This document shows positions 18,438-27,807 of a DNA stretch of 64,000 nt, piece after piece. The notes beneath the pieces are model-generated. The model was not told where the DNA came from. It ran no database searches and saw only the letters and a program-made list of their open reading frames with translations. The position numbers and the translations under genes were made by a program. This DNA comes from Endomicrobiales bacterium (GTDB taxonomy: Bacteria; Elusimicrobiota; Endomicrobiia; Endomicrobiales; CAWCFT01): positions 320,001 to 384,000 of the forward strand of contig CAWCFT010000001.1 in NCBI GenBank assembly GCA_963794945.1, in the 5' to 3' direction. Every line of letters begins with the position of its first letter. Positions within the stretch are counted from its first letter, which is position 1.

Positions 18438-19865
18438 ATGTCTGAAAAATATGATGCGATCATTATAGGTTCTGGGATAGGAGGATTGGTATGCGGCTGT
18501 TATTTGGCTAAAGCCGGGCAGAAAGTCTTAATAGTTGAACAACATGATAAACCGGGCGGGTATTGCGGTTCTTTTAAAAGAAATGGCACCGTGTATGACA
18601 CCGGAGTGCACTATTTAGGCGGCATACGCAAAGGTATCTTAGGGACAATATTAAAAGAACTTGATATACTTGACCGCATGAAACTTCGTCAATTCGATAC
18701 GGCGGAGAAAATAGTTCTTCCAAATGTCACTTTCTATATAAAATCAAATATGGATGAGACGATACAAGGGCTTAAAACACTTTTTCCTAAAGAAAGTATC
18801 AATATCGATAGATTTTTTGAGCATATTCTCCAGCAGAGTTTTTACAGCATTTATAAAAATGCCGCAAATAGAAGTTTTAAAAACGTTTTAAGACATTTTT
18901 TTACAAATGAAGACCTGCTGTCAATATTTGACGCTATCTGTTTAATGAATAAAGGATTAAATGCTTCCCAGGTGTCAGCGATATCGACTATAATATTATT
19001 GCGGGATTATATTTCAAACCCGGGTTATTACCCGGTCGGCGGAATGTGCCAATTCCCGAATTTATTGGTCCAAAGATTTAAGGAATACGGCGGGACTATG
19101 ATATATTCTGAAAAAGTATCTAAGATAATTATCTCAAAAGAAATTAAAGTGAAAGGCGTTGAGGCCGCAAGTAATAAGTATTTATCCGATACGGTCATAT
19201 CTAACTGCGACGCTAAATACACTTTTCAGGAGTTAATTGATGTAAAAATCAAAGAAAAAAATAAAATTGATTCTTTAGTGCCTTCTGCTTCATTTTTTAC
19301 AGTATACTTACAAATAACAAAAGATAATTACTATAAATCACTAACGAAAGATTCTCATGCAATATCATACTTCTTCACTCAAAAACCATCGTATAATACA
19401 AAATATGAAATTGCTGATGGGCAAGAAATCAGGTATCTGAATTATGCTATCCCTGCTGAATACGACAATACTAGTAAAATGGGAATTAGAGTTATTACTT
19501 TAGCCAAGTATTACACACCTAAATTTTGGGATAGATATAAAGCTGCTTACGCACAAACGATTCTAAATAAGACAAAACAACTATTCCCGAAAATAGTCGA
19601 TAACGTAACAAATAAATTTATTGCTACACCTGTAACTTTTAATAAGTTTACACGTAACGATTGCGGTGCCGGGTTTGGATGGGCGCCTACGGTGAAGCAG
19701 GAAAGCACATCATTATGCCCTTCGAAGACCAGTATTAAAGGTCTTTATCTAAGCGGGCACTGGTCAACTACTGCGATAGCCAAAAGCGGGGCGCCTGTTG
19801 TTGCATTTTGCGGGATGAACACAGCAAAATCGGTTTTAGAACAGAAATTATCATTGAGAAATTAA
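18438..19865 (+). CDS. FAD-dependent oxidoreductase, phytoene desaturase/retinol saturase (COG1233) family
   Basis: YDAIIIGSGIGGL...VEQHDKPGGYCGSF, YDTGVHYL, YPVGG, ATPVTF, IKGLYLSGHW. Confidence 0.88.
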   Translation: MSEKYDAIIIGSGIGGLVCGCYLAKAGQKVLIVEQHDKPGGYCGSFKRNGTVYDTGVHYLGGIRKGILGTILKELDILDRMKLRQFDTAEKIVLPNVTFYIKSNMDETIQGLKTLFPKESINIDRFFEHILQQSFYSIYKNAANRSFKNVLRHFFTNEDLLSIFDAICLMNKGLNASQVSAISTIILLRDYISNPGYYPVGGMCQFPNLLVQRFKEYGGTMIYSEKVSKIIISKEIKVKGVEAASNKYLSDTVISNCDAKYTFQELIDVKIKEKNKIDSLVPSASFFTVYLQITKDNYYKSLTKDSHAISYFFTQKPSYNTKYEIADGQEIRYLNYAIPAEYDNTSKMGIRVITLAKYYTPKFWDRYKAAYAQTILNKTKQLFPKIVDNVTNKFIATPVTFNKFTRNDCGAGFGWAPTVKQESTSLCPSKTSIKGLYLSGHWSTTAIAKSGAPVVAFCGMNTAKSVLEQKLSLRN

Positions 19866-19925
19866 TCGTGAATTTAAAAAAGGCTTTAAGCGGCAGAAAC
19901 AAGAGTGGACGGAGAAATAAGATAT

Positions 19926-21011
19926 ATGAGTAAAAAAACTGTCTTCTTAACCGGGCCTACGGGTTTTGTAGGGTCATATCTTTTAAAGATATTTATCGAG
20001 AATGGATACAAAGTATATGCGCTCGCAAGAGATAAAAACGAACGGTCAGGCAAAGAAAGAGCGATAAATGCCGTAAGATTTTGGGATAAAAATACTGCAA
20101 AAAGAACAGGCGGCAATCTTGTTGTGCTTAATGGCGATATAATAAAGAATAACCTGGGCCTTTCAAATAATAATGTAAAGCAGTTGGTTGATGAAGTGGA
20201 AGAAATATATCATTGTGCGGCCAATACGGGTTTTAATCTGCCTATCAAAACTGCAAGGCTTGTAAATGTTAAAGGAACAGAAAATGTTTTGAAACTGGGG
20301 TACGCGTGCAGCAATAAAGGGAAATTGCAGAAGATCAATTATATAAGCACAATATACGTATGTGGCGACCATAAAGGTGTATTTGATGAAAATTGCCTTA
20401 ATGTAGGACAGCAGTTCAATACTACGTACGAAAAAAGTAAATATGAAGCTGAACTGCTTGTAGAGAAGTATAGGAAAATGGGGTTATGGATAAATGTATT
20501 CAGGCCGCCGATCATTATAGGTGAGTCAAAAACCGGGAAAGTGCCGGCATTTAATCAAGCCTTGTATCAAACATTGCATATTTGGGATTCAGAACTGCTT
20601 AAATATTTTCCGAATGATAATAAACTTCGTGCAAATATGGTTTGTGTTGATGAGCTCTGTGAAAGTATATTTAAGATCGCCGGCAATGTGTCTTTGAAGG
20701 ATAAAAATTACCATACTTTTCACATGAAAGGGGTCACTCCTGTTGAGCTTTTGAATATTTCACAAAAAATACTAAAATTCAAGAAACCTATAATAGTTAG
20801 TGAAATCGAGTTCGTGAAAAGATCTACCTCCGTGCAGAAGATGCTTTTAAAATACAATATATTATTTATTAATTCCAAGGTAAAACTGCGGTCTTTTAAA
20901 ACAAATGATGTTCTAAATAAACTTAATTTCAAATACTCGGTTATAGGCGAAAAATTATTGAATAGAATCGTATTATATTCAAAACGTGAGAAGTTCGGAA
21001 ATAATAATTAA
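19926..21011 (+). CDS. Extended SDR, thioester-reductase/fatty acyl reductase (NAD_binding_4) type
   Basis: VFLTGPTGFVG, HCAANT, VNVKGT, YIST, YEKSKYEAE, RPPIIIG. Confidence 0.85.
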   Translation: MSKKTVFLTGPTGFVGSYLLKIFIENGYKVYALARDKNERSGKERAINAVRFWDKNTAKRTGGNLVVLNGDIIKNNLGLSNNNVKQLVDEVEEIYHCAANTGFNLPIKTARLVNVKGTENVLKLGYACSNKGKLQKINYISTIYVCGDHKGVFDENCLNVGQQFNTTYEKSKYEAELLVEKYRKMGLWINVFRPPIIIGESKTGKVPAFNQALYQTLHIWDSELLKYFPNDNKLRANMVCVDELCESIFKIAGNVSLKDKNYHTFHMKGVTPVELLNISQKILKFKKPIIVSEIEFVKRSTSVQKMLLKYNILFINSKVKLRSFKTNDVLNKLNFKYSVIGEKLLNRIVLYSKREKFGNNN

Positions 21012-21026
21012 ACAGCCGGTCAAAAC

Positions 21027-23195
21027 ATGAATATGACTAAATTATATCCTATACCCACTTTTATTGTTTCTGCCATGCTGTTGTTTTTGGGCATATTTGT
21101 CTATAGGAACAGCAAACAACAGTATATCAATAAAGTGTTCATGGGATTGTGCTTTACTAGTAGTTGTTGGCTGCTATTCTTTTCAATTACATATACTGTT
21201 AGAAATGAATATATCGCGTTTATGCTAGAAAAAATCGGATATTGCGGTATCACGTTTATACCAATAACTGTATTTCATTATATAATTGAATTTTTAAATA
21301 TCAAGAGAATTAAAAGGTTTGCGCTTTATAACTATATTGTTGGTTTAATATTTGTCGTATTGATATGGACAACGCCATTTATTGTAGGAGGTGTAAAAAA
21401 CTATTTTTGGGGCTATTATCCTGTGGCGGGAATTTTGCATCCGCTGTTCCTTGCGTATTTTATTTTTATTGGTGTTATATTATCATCTTTGTTTTTATTG
21501 TTCAAATATTATTATAGACAAAAGCAGCTTACATATTTAAAGAAAGAGCAGATCAAATATGTGATCTTGGCTTTTTTTATATATTATTTTGCCGCGGCAG
21601 ACTTTTTTCCAAACTATGGGATTTCAATTTATCCATTTGGATACTTGCCAACATTATTCTTTATCATCATTATCAGTTATACTATTGTCAGATTCAGGTT
21701 AATGGATGTAAATGTCGCTATTACCCGCGCTGGAATATTTCTAGTGCTTTATTCATTGGTCCTTGGCATCCCTTTTTTAATAGGGCACTATACAGAATCC
21801 TGGATATTATCAACGATATTCGCTGTTATTCTTGCATCAATAGGCCCTCTGGTATACCGTTCGATACAGCGGAAAGCTGAAGACCTGCTGCTCGCCGAGC
21901 AGAGGCGCTACCAGAAAATATTAGTGCAAGCCGCTAGCGGAATGGCCGGCGAGCATAATCTTGAACGGCTGCTTAAATTGATCGTGAGGGTTGTGAAAAA
22001 AGCCGTTAAAATGGAATACACCGCTATATTCCTTGAAGATAGAGAGAAAGAAGCATATATATTGAGGGCCATTCGCACCGATACTAATATACCGATAGAT
22101 ATATCGTTTGGGTTCAAAGACCCTCTTATAGAGTTCATGAAGAAACACAAGGAACCATTCCTTTTTGAAGAGATACCTGAATTTATCAAAGGGACGCTAA
22201 ACTTTCCTCTGAATATTTCACTAATAGTACCTTCATTTTTTGATGAAAGCTCAATAGGCTTTTTAGTATTGGGAGAAAAAAATAATAAGAAGGCTTACTC
22301 GACTGATGATATCAACGTTTTTAAGATATTATCCAGACGAACATCGATGTCTATAGAGAACTGTATTTTCGTTGAGGAATTCAAGAAAGCTCAGGAAAGG
22401 GTGTTCGCGGCGGAGAAACTTGCTTCTATCGGCGGCCTCGCGGAAGGAGTGGCCCACCAGATCAACAACCGGTTAAACCACTTCTCTATGGTTTCGGGAG
22501 AACTTAAATATGAAGTTGACAGCTATTTGTCGGCCCATGCAGAAGCGATAGTTCAAAATCCGGACCTGAAGAAGACGTTTGATTATTTTATCAAGATATC
22601 AAACTCACTGCTGTCGAACGTTAAGAGAACGGACGGCATCTTGAAGGGGATACTTAACTTTGCCAGAGTAGAAGCCAAAGAAACCTTGTTCTCGAACTTT
22701 TTCCTGCAGGAAGTTGTCGATCTGGCGATCGACCTACTCAGGGTCAAACATAGCGTACAGGAATTTCCAATCAAGGTGAACAAATTGTCATCCGATGTAA
22801 TATATGGGGTTAAGTCACAGATCATGGAATCCGTATATAATCTTATCGACAACGCTTACGAGGCAACACTTGATAAAGCAAACACGCTTAACCCAGGTGA
22901 TGCCGCGTTGTATAAACCCAACATAGAAATATCTATTTCTCAAAATCCTGAAAAGACGGTTATTCAATTCACCGACAACGGCATCGGCATAAAAAGCACC
23001 GACAGGCACAAAATATTCGCTCCTTTTTTTACTACTAAATCATCTTCAAAATCCGGCACAGGTATCGGCATGTATGTGGTCAGAAGGATGATAGAAGAGA
23101 ATCACAAAGGCAAGATATGGTTCGAATCCGAGTACGGCAAAGGCACAAAAATAACTATCGAACTGCCTAAGAAGTATACTTCTGGCAGTAACTAG
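21027..23195 (+). CDS. Membrane sensor histidine kinase (multi-TM HisKA_7TM-like + GAF + HisKA + HATPase)
   Basis: About 7-9 hydrophobic helices in the first 280 aa, GAF-like middle region, GVAHQINN H-box, NLIDNA, DNGIGI, PFFTTK, GTGIGM. Confidence 0.92.
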   Translation: MNMTKLYPIPTFIVSAMLLFLGIFVYRNSKQQYINKVFMGLCFTSSCWLLFFSITYTVRNEYIAFMLEKIGYCGITFIPITVFHYIIEFLNIKRIKRFALYNYIVGLIFVVLIWTTPFIVGGVKNYFWGYYPVAGILHPLFLAYFIFIGVILSSLFLLFKYYYRQKQLTYLKKEQIKYVILAFFIYYFAAADFFPNYGISIYPFGYLPTLFFIIIISYTIVRFRLMDVNVAITRAGIFLVLYSLVLGIPFLIGHYTESWILSTIFAVILASIGPLVYRSIQRKAEDLLLAEQRRYQKILVQAASGMAGEHNLERLLKLIVRVVKKAVKMEYTAIFLEDREKEAYILRAIRTDTNIPIDISFGFKDPLIEFMKKHKEPFLFEEIPEFIKGTLNFPLNISLIVPSFFDESSIGFLVLGEKNNKKAYSTDDINVFKILSRRTSMSIENCIFVEEFKKAQERVFAAEKLASIGGLAEGVAHQINNRLNHFSMVSGELKYEVDSYLSAHAEAIVQNPDLKKTFDYFIKISNSLLSNVKRTDGILKGILNFARVEAKETLFSNFFLQEVVDLAIDLLRVKHSVQEFPIKVNKLSSDVIYGVKSQIMESVYNLIDNAYEATLDKANTLNPGDAALYKPNIEISISQNPEKTVIQFTDNGIGIKSTDRHKIFAPFFTTKSSSKSGTGIGMYVVRRMIEENHKGKIWFESEYGKGTKITIELPKKYTSGSN

Positions 23196-23204
23196 GGGTT
23201 GGCC

Positions 23205-23582
23205 ATGGCTGAGAACAAGCATATACTGTTAGTCGACGACGAAGAAGAGATAGTCGTCTTTATGGCTAACTTTTTAAAGCGTTTCAAGATCGCGAGCACC
23301 AAGGCTACTTCAGGCGAAGAAGCAATTAGAGTTTACGATCCAAAGAGTATGGGGTTTGTTTTTCTTGACCTTCACCTTAAAACAATGGATGGTTTTTCTG
23401 TGCTGAACATATTAAAAGAAAAGAATCCGGATGTTAAAGTTATAATTATAGCGGGCAGTCCCGACAAGGTGTCGATAGAAAAAGCATACGGCCTTGGCGC
23501 GGTAGATTACATTACAAAACCGCTAGACTTAAGCGAGTTTAAAAAGAAAATAGATAAATACATCCTCAAAGAGGGTGAATGA
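23205..23582 (+). CDS. Stand-alone CheY-like response regulator
   Basis: ILLVDDE, FLDL (phospho-Asp), DGF, GAVDYITKP; no output domain. Confidence 0.92.
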   Translation: MAENKHILLVDDEEEIVVFMANFLKRFKIASTKATSGEEAIRVYDPKSMGFVFLDLHLKTMDGFSVLNILKEKNPDVKVIIIAGSPDKVSIEKAYGLGAVDYITKPLDLSEFKKKIDKYILKEGE

Positions 23583-24139
23583 TTACGGAGATTAAACATA
23601 AACAAATTGATTACAACGATTTTAATCATAATTAAGGTATAATCCAGATCATTGTAATAGTGCAGTAGTAACAAATAATCGTTTTAATCTCGTATCTACA
23701 GGATATAAACGATGTTAAAAGAAAAAGATAGCTTGACCGAACAAATTATAGGGAGTTGTTTTAAGGTACACAAAAAACTGGGGCCCGGCTATAATGAAAA
23801 GATATACCAAAATGCATTGAAATTGCAATTAGAGTGTGATGGTTTGATCTGTGAGTGCGAAAAAGAATATAAAGTTAATTATCTTGATAAATTTGTAGGT
23901 ACTTTGAGAATTGATCTCATTATTGAGAAGAGAGTGATTGTAGAAATCAAGGCAATCTCGACTTTTGTTCCTAAAGTATTTGAGAATCAGGTGATTTCTT
24001 ATTTGAAATCGTCGCAACTTGATGTTGGATTGTTGGTAAATTTTGGAAATAACAGTTGTCAAATCAGACGTCTAATGAAATCGCATAATTCGCATTGTAA
24101 ATCGTTGTAATCGTTGTTAGTAATCGCTGTAATCAATTT
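23581..24139. mobile_element. GxxExxY cassette bounded by GATTAC-type inverted repeats
   Basis: GATTACAACGATTT (23609-23622) is the exact reverse complement of 24099-24112. 23604-23621 versus 24122-24139 match 17/18. Mobility is inferred. Confidence 0.6.
23712..24110 (+). CDS. GxxExxY family protein (PD-(D/E)XK nuclease-like)
   Basis: VHKKLGPGYNEKIYQNAL, RIDLIIEKRVIVEIKA, QVISYLK, GLLVNFG; 132 aa. Confidence 0.93.
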   Translation: MLKEKDSLTEQIIGSCFKVHKKLGPGYNEKIYQNALKLQLECDGLICECEKEYKVNYLDKFVGTLRIDLIIEKRVIVEIKAISTFVPKVFENQVISYLKSSQLDVGLLVNFGNNSCQIRRLMKSHNSHCKSL

Positions 24140-24156
24140 ATCCATAGGATAATTAA

Positions 24157-25437
24157 ATGAAAAAATACTACCATAAAGACCTTGAAAAAGCAGCACGGCA
24201 GATGATACTTGTTCGCAAGGTAGATACCCTTGCTAAACTTATCGTGCGCACTATAATCAGGAATATACATGTAAGGCACGCGGGGATCTTTCTTTTTGAC
24301 AAAACAAAAAATGAATACATAGTCAAAGTGTCGAAAGGAAAATTAGGCATAAAGATCCCAGTAGGTTTTACTAAAGTAAAGAGCGATAATGCAATAATCA
24401 GGTTCTTTACGGATAAGACCGTAGGAAAATACTTCAAACAAGACTTCCTTCTGTACAATAAAATTAATTACCGCTTCAAATGTAAAACACATTCGGAAGA
24501 TAAAAATCTTCAAGATTTCCTTAAGAAATTGAAAAGCGAGTTCTCTTTATACCAGGCTAAAGCTTTTATCCCGGGATTTTATACGAACAATCTGGTTGGC
24601 GTGTTATTCCTTGGCGCAAAGGATGATAACAGCAGTTTTAAGGCTGATGAACTTGGATTTTTGTTTGTTCTTGCTTCGGATGTGGTAATGGCTATTCAGA
24701 ACGCCTGGCTTTTCGAAGACCTCAACAGCCAGCTCGATATCAACAAGAAATTATTTTTAAGCACTGTTACGGCACTGGCAACAGCTATAGAAGCAAAGGA
24801 TAAGTATACGCTAGGGCACACCGAGCGGGTAGTAAAATATTCAACTGCCATAGCCAGGAACTTGCCAGGGATAACCATACCCAACAACAAGGATTTTGAG
24901 GAAAATCTTAAGATCGCGGCTTTATTGCATGACATAGGAAAGATAGGTATATCAGAAAACTTGCTCAACAAGAGCGATGCCTTGTCACCGAAAGAAATAA
25001 AGGCCATTAATGAGCATCCTTTGATGGGTGTGGAGATACTTAACCCTATCAGCGAGTTCAAGGATGTTCTGCTGGGTGTAAAATATCATCACGAGAGATA
25101 TGACGGCAAAGGCTATCCTTTCGGGCTTAAAGGCGATCAGATACCTTTAGCCGCGGCAATTATTGCCGTAGCCGACGCTTACGACGCCATGACAAGCGAC
25201 AGGCCGTACAGAAAAGCATTAAGTGACGCTGAAGCGTGCAATCAGATACTGCTCAACCGCGAGAAGCAGTTTAACCCCGTTGTAGTTGATGCGTTCTTAA
25301 AGGTTTATAAGAATAAGGATGTAATTGAGGATAGTATCGGCAGTGCCGAAACAGTATCTGCGAAGACTAAAGAAAAAAATGCCTCCAATAGTTCCGAACT
25401 GAACCCGGTACAGGACCTCTCCGTTAGAGCCAATTAA
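24157..25437 (+). CDS. GAF + HD-GYP cyclic-di-nucleotide phosphodiesterase
   Basis: AKDKYTLGHTERV, ALLHDIGKIG, HHERYDGKGYPFGL, ADAYDAMTSDRPYR. Confidence 0.93.
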   Translation: MKKYYHKDLEKAARQMILVRKVDTLAKLIVRTIIRNIHVRHAGIFLFDKTKNEYIVKVSKGKLGIKIPVGFTKVKSDNAIIRFFTDKTVGKYFKQDFLLYNKINYRFKCKTHSEDKNLQDFLKKLKSEFSLYQAKAFIPGFYTNNLVGVLFLGAKDDNSSFKADELGFLFVLASDVVMAIQNAWLFEDLNSQLDINKKLFLSTVTALATAIEAKDKYTLGHTERVVKYSTAIARNLPGITIPNNKDFEENLKIAALLHDIGKIGISENLLNKSDALSPKEIKAINEHPLMGVEILNPISEFKDVLLGVKYHHERYDGKGYPFGLKGDQIPLAAAIIAVADAYDAMTSDRPYRKALSDAEACNQILLNREKQFNPVVVDAFLKVYKNKDVIEDSIGSAETVSAKTKEKNASNSSELNPVQDLSVRAN

Positions 25438-26171
25438 TGTTAAAGTTATTACTGACTCTCGCCACATTGCTGCTAAATTCCAGCGCGGTACATGCCATGT
25501 ACGGAAAGCTTGTCATGTGCAACGGCCACTCTTTTACTGGGGATGTCAGGAAATTAGAGAACGGGAATTACTGGGTATCCACTAAAATAGGTTCCATTGA
25601 GATCGAGAAAAACGAAGTAAAATATGTTAAAATATACTCAACAAAAGACCCTGTTTCTGAAAGTTTTATAGGCGCGATGAAGATCACGCCGGGCCAAACC
25701 GGTTCGCAAAATAGCGTCCGTCAAACGGGAAGTTACGACAATCTCATTTCAAGGGAATCTTCTAAAAATAATATAGACCCTGCGCTTGTGAAGGCCGTGA
25801 TAAAAGCGGAATCTAATTACAACAAGAACGACGTGTCTTCAAAAGGCGCCTGCGGTCTTATGCAGCTTATGCCGGGCACGGCAAAGCTGCTTGGAGTAAA
25901 AAAGATCTTTTCTCCGGAAGAGAACATACGAGCCGGGACCAGGTTCCTTAAATATATGTTAGATGCTTTCGATGGCGATATAGAGATGGGCCTCGCTGCC
26001 TATAACGCGGGCCCATCGAAGGTTAAGAAATACGGTAAAGTCCCTCCGTATAAAGAAACAAAGAACTATATTGTAAATGTCATCAGATATTACCGCGCAT
26101 ACGGGAGCTCAGGTTCAATAACAAGCTACACGGATGAGAAAGGATGCCTGAACCTTTATAATGCAAAATAA
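25437..26171 (+). CDS. Lytic transglycosylase (SLT domain)
   Basis: Signal peptide; KAESNY, SSKGACGLMQLMP, AAYNAGP, PPYKETKNY. Confidence 0.92.
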   Translation: MLKLLLTLATLLLNSSAVHAMYGKLVMCNGHSFTGDVRKLENGNYWVSTKIGSIEIEKNEVKYVKIYSTKDPVSESFIGAMKITPGQTGSQNSVRQTGSYDNLISRESSKNNIDPALVKAVIKAESNYNKNDVSSKGACGLMQLMPGTAKLLGVKKIFSPEENIRAGTRFLKYMLDAFDGDIEMGLAAYNAGPSKVKKYGKVPPYKETKNYIVNVIRYYRAYGSSGSITSYTDEKGCLNLYNAK

Positions 26172-26467
26172 CACGATTTCTAAAAAATTAATGTCAAAAA
26201 TAAACAAATACCCTGTGTTCTACCGAAAGGTATGGCTTGCCTGTTTGTTGATACCCAGTGGCAAGACCAGAAGCTATGGAGAAATAGCAAAAATAATAGG
26301 CCACCCCGGAGTGGCGCGGCGCTGTGGGTCAGGCTCTCGCTAAGAATCCATTCGCTCCAATAGTCCCTTGTCACAGGGTAGTGCGAGGAGACGGTAAACC
26401 CGGAGGGTATTCAGGCCCGGGCGGCGTGAAAAGAAAACTTGAACTCCTAAATAAGGAAAAACAATGA
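26161..26467 (+). CDS. ogt: O6-methylguanine-DNA methyltransferase (frameshift near 26315)
   Basis: IPSGKTRSYGEIA, then the alternate frame gives ARAVGQALAKNPFAPIVPCHRVV with the active-site PCHR. Confidence 0.85.
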
Positions 26468-27156
26468 GTCAGTTGCGATTAATAATCTCTCAACCCTCAA
26501 ACGGCCCGACGAATATGGCCATTGATGAGGCGTTGTTCAACAGCAAGCTGAGAAATCCGGGGCCGGCGACAGTCAGGATATACACATGGGAGCGCGCTTG
26601 TATAACAATTGGATATTTTCAGAAATATAATGAATTTGCGGCATACGGTTTACCGGTGACAAGGCGCATGACAGGCGGCTTATCGGTTGTTCACGGCAAA
26701 GATGTCTCATTTTCCTTTGTTTTAGATGACTCTACATGGGAGCATATTTATGACCAGGAGAAAACATACCATGTCATACACTCGGGTATAAAGGACGCAT
26801 TGGATATCTGCGGCATAAAAACAGAGTTTGTGAAGACTGATGTATCGGCAAGAAACAATCCCAATAAAGGAAATATTTGCGTTCAAACCCTTTATCCTTA
26901 TGACCTTCAGTACAACAATAAGAAGATAGTCGGTTCGTGTCAGAGAAGAAGGGGGAAAACGATGCTGGTCCAGGGTTCGATCCACCTGCCTAAATCCGTA
27001 GATCGTACCAAGTTCTATGAAGCCTGGGAAACTAGCCTAATTGACCAGTTCATTGCAAAACTTAATAAGACTGGACTAACTGAAGAAGAACTGTCATACG
27101 CCGAATCGAATGAAAAAACCAGGTATTCTGACAGGTCATGGAACGAGAAATATTGA
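26464..27156 (+). CDS. Lipoate-protein ligase A/LipM family
   Basis: NMAIDEAL, RIYTW, RRMTGGLSVVH, KKIVGSCQRR, VQGSI. Confidence 0.88.
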   Translation: MSQLRLIISQPSNGPTNMAIDEALFNSKLRNPGPATVRIYTWERACITIGYFQKYNEFAAYGLPVTRRMTGGLSVVHGKDVSFSFVLDDSTWEHIYDQEKTYHVIHSGIKDALDICGIKTEFVKTDVSARNNPNKGNICVQTLYPYDLQYNNKKIVGSCQRRRGKTMLVQGSIHLPKSVDRTKFYEAWETSLIDQFIAKLNKTGLTEEELSYAESNEKTRYSDRSWNEKY

Positions 27157-27200
27157 CTAAAGCCCGCAGGAATTAGCTGATAGCCTGGGAGAACCTACTT

Positions 27201-27785
27201 ATGGAAAATAACAACCTTACAAAAGGCGCCAGAGTCGCCGGGACTATTGTTTACGGCGTAGTGCAGGTAATAATACAAACATATGGCCTGGAAGGCTATA
27301 TTAATGTGCTCAAGAGAATGACGCCTGAACACAAGAGCTTGCTGGAGTCAACCCACAGCGCGAGCCGCAGTTTTACGAGCGAATTTACGCGTGACTATTT
27401 GGATGCAATAACAAGGGCTCTGCCGTCAAAAAGTTCACAGTCTGTTATCACCGAAATTGTGCGCGAGCTGGCGCACAACCATCTTAGCACAGTGATGACA
27501 ATATTTTTGAAATTAGGAACGCCTCATTTCATACTTCAGCGTTTTCCGAACATCTGGAGATTGTTTTTCACTCACGGAACTATGGTCGTCGAAAATGAAT
27601 TTGAGAAGTCCGCTGACGTTATGCTTTTGGACAATATTGACTATGGAGAAGGCGTTTGCATGGGATCCTTAGGCTGGATGCAGGGGGCTATGGAAAAATC
27701 CGGCGCAAAAGATGTAATTGTCATACATCCGAAATGTATATTCCGCGGGGACACTAAGTGTATATTCAAGTTTGCATGGAGTTAG
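27201..27785 (+). CDS. Hypothetical protein with V4R/H-NOX-like C-terminus (DUF2378-like)
   Basis: C-terminal C...GWMQGAME...HPKCIFRGDTKCIFKFAW resembles V4R motifs. Confidence 0.55.
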   Translation: MENNNLTKGARVAGTIVYGVVQVIIQTYGLEGYINVLKRMTPEHKSLLESTHSASRSFTSEFTRDYLDAITRALPSKSSQSVITEIVRELAHNHLSTVMTIFLKLGTPHFILQRFPNIWRLFFTHGTMVVENEFEKSADVMLLDNIDYGEGVCMGSLGWMQGAMEKSGAKDVIVIHPKCIFRGDTKCIFKFAWS

Positions 27786-27807
27786 GACAGGTTATTTCAA
27801 ACACGAT

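Noticed and set aside
11758..21011. Cluster as primary fatty-acid synthesis, aryl polyene, ladderane or carotenoid pathway
   Set aside because: It lacks fabD/fabH/plsX, aryl-starter ligase and glycosyltransferase, radical SAM enzymes, and crtB/crtE. A separate FabZ domain is fused to LpxC.
11341..25437. Accessory region as a prophage or integrative element
   Set aside because: I found no integrase, transposase, tRNA or direct att repeats.
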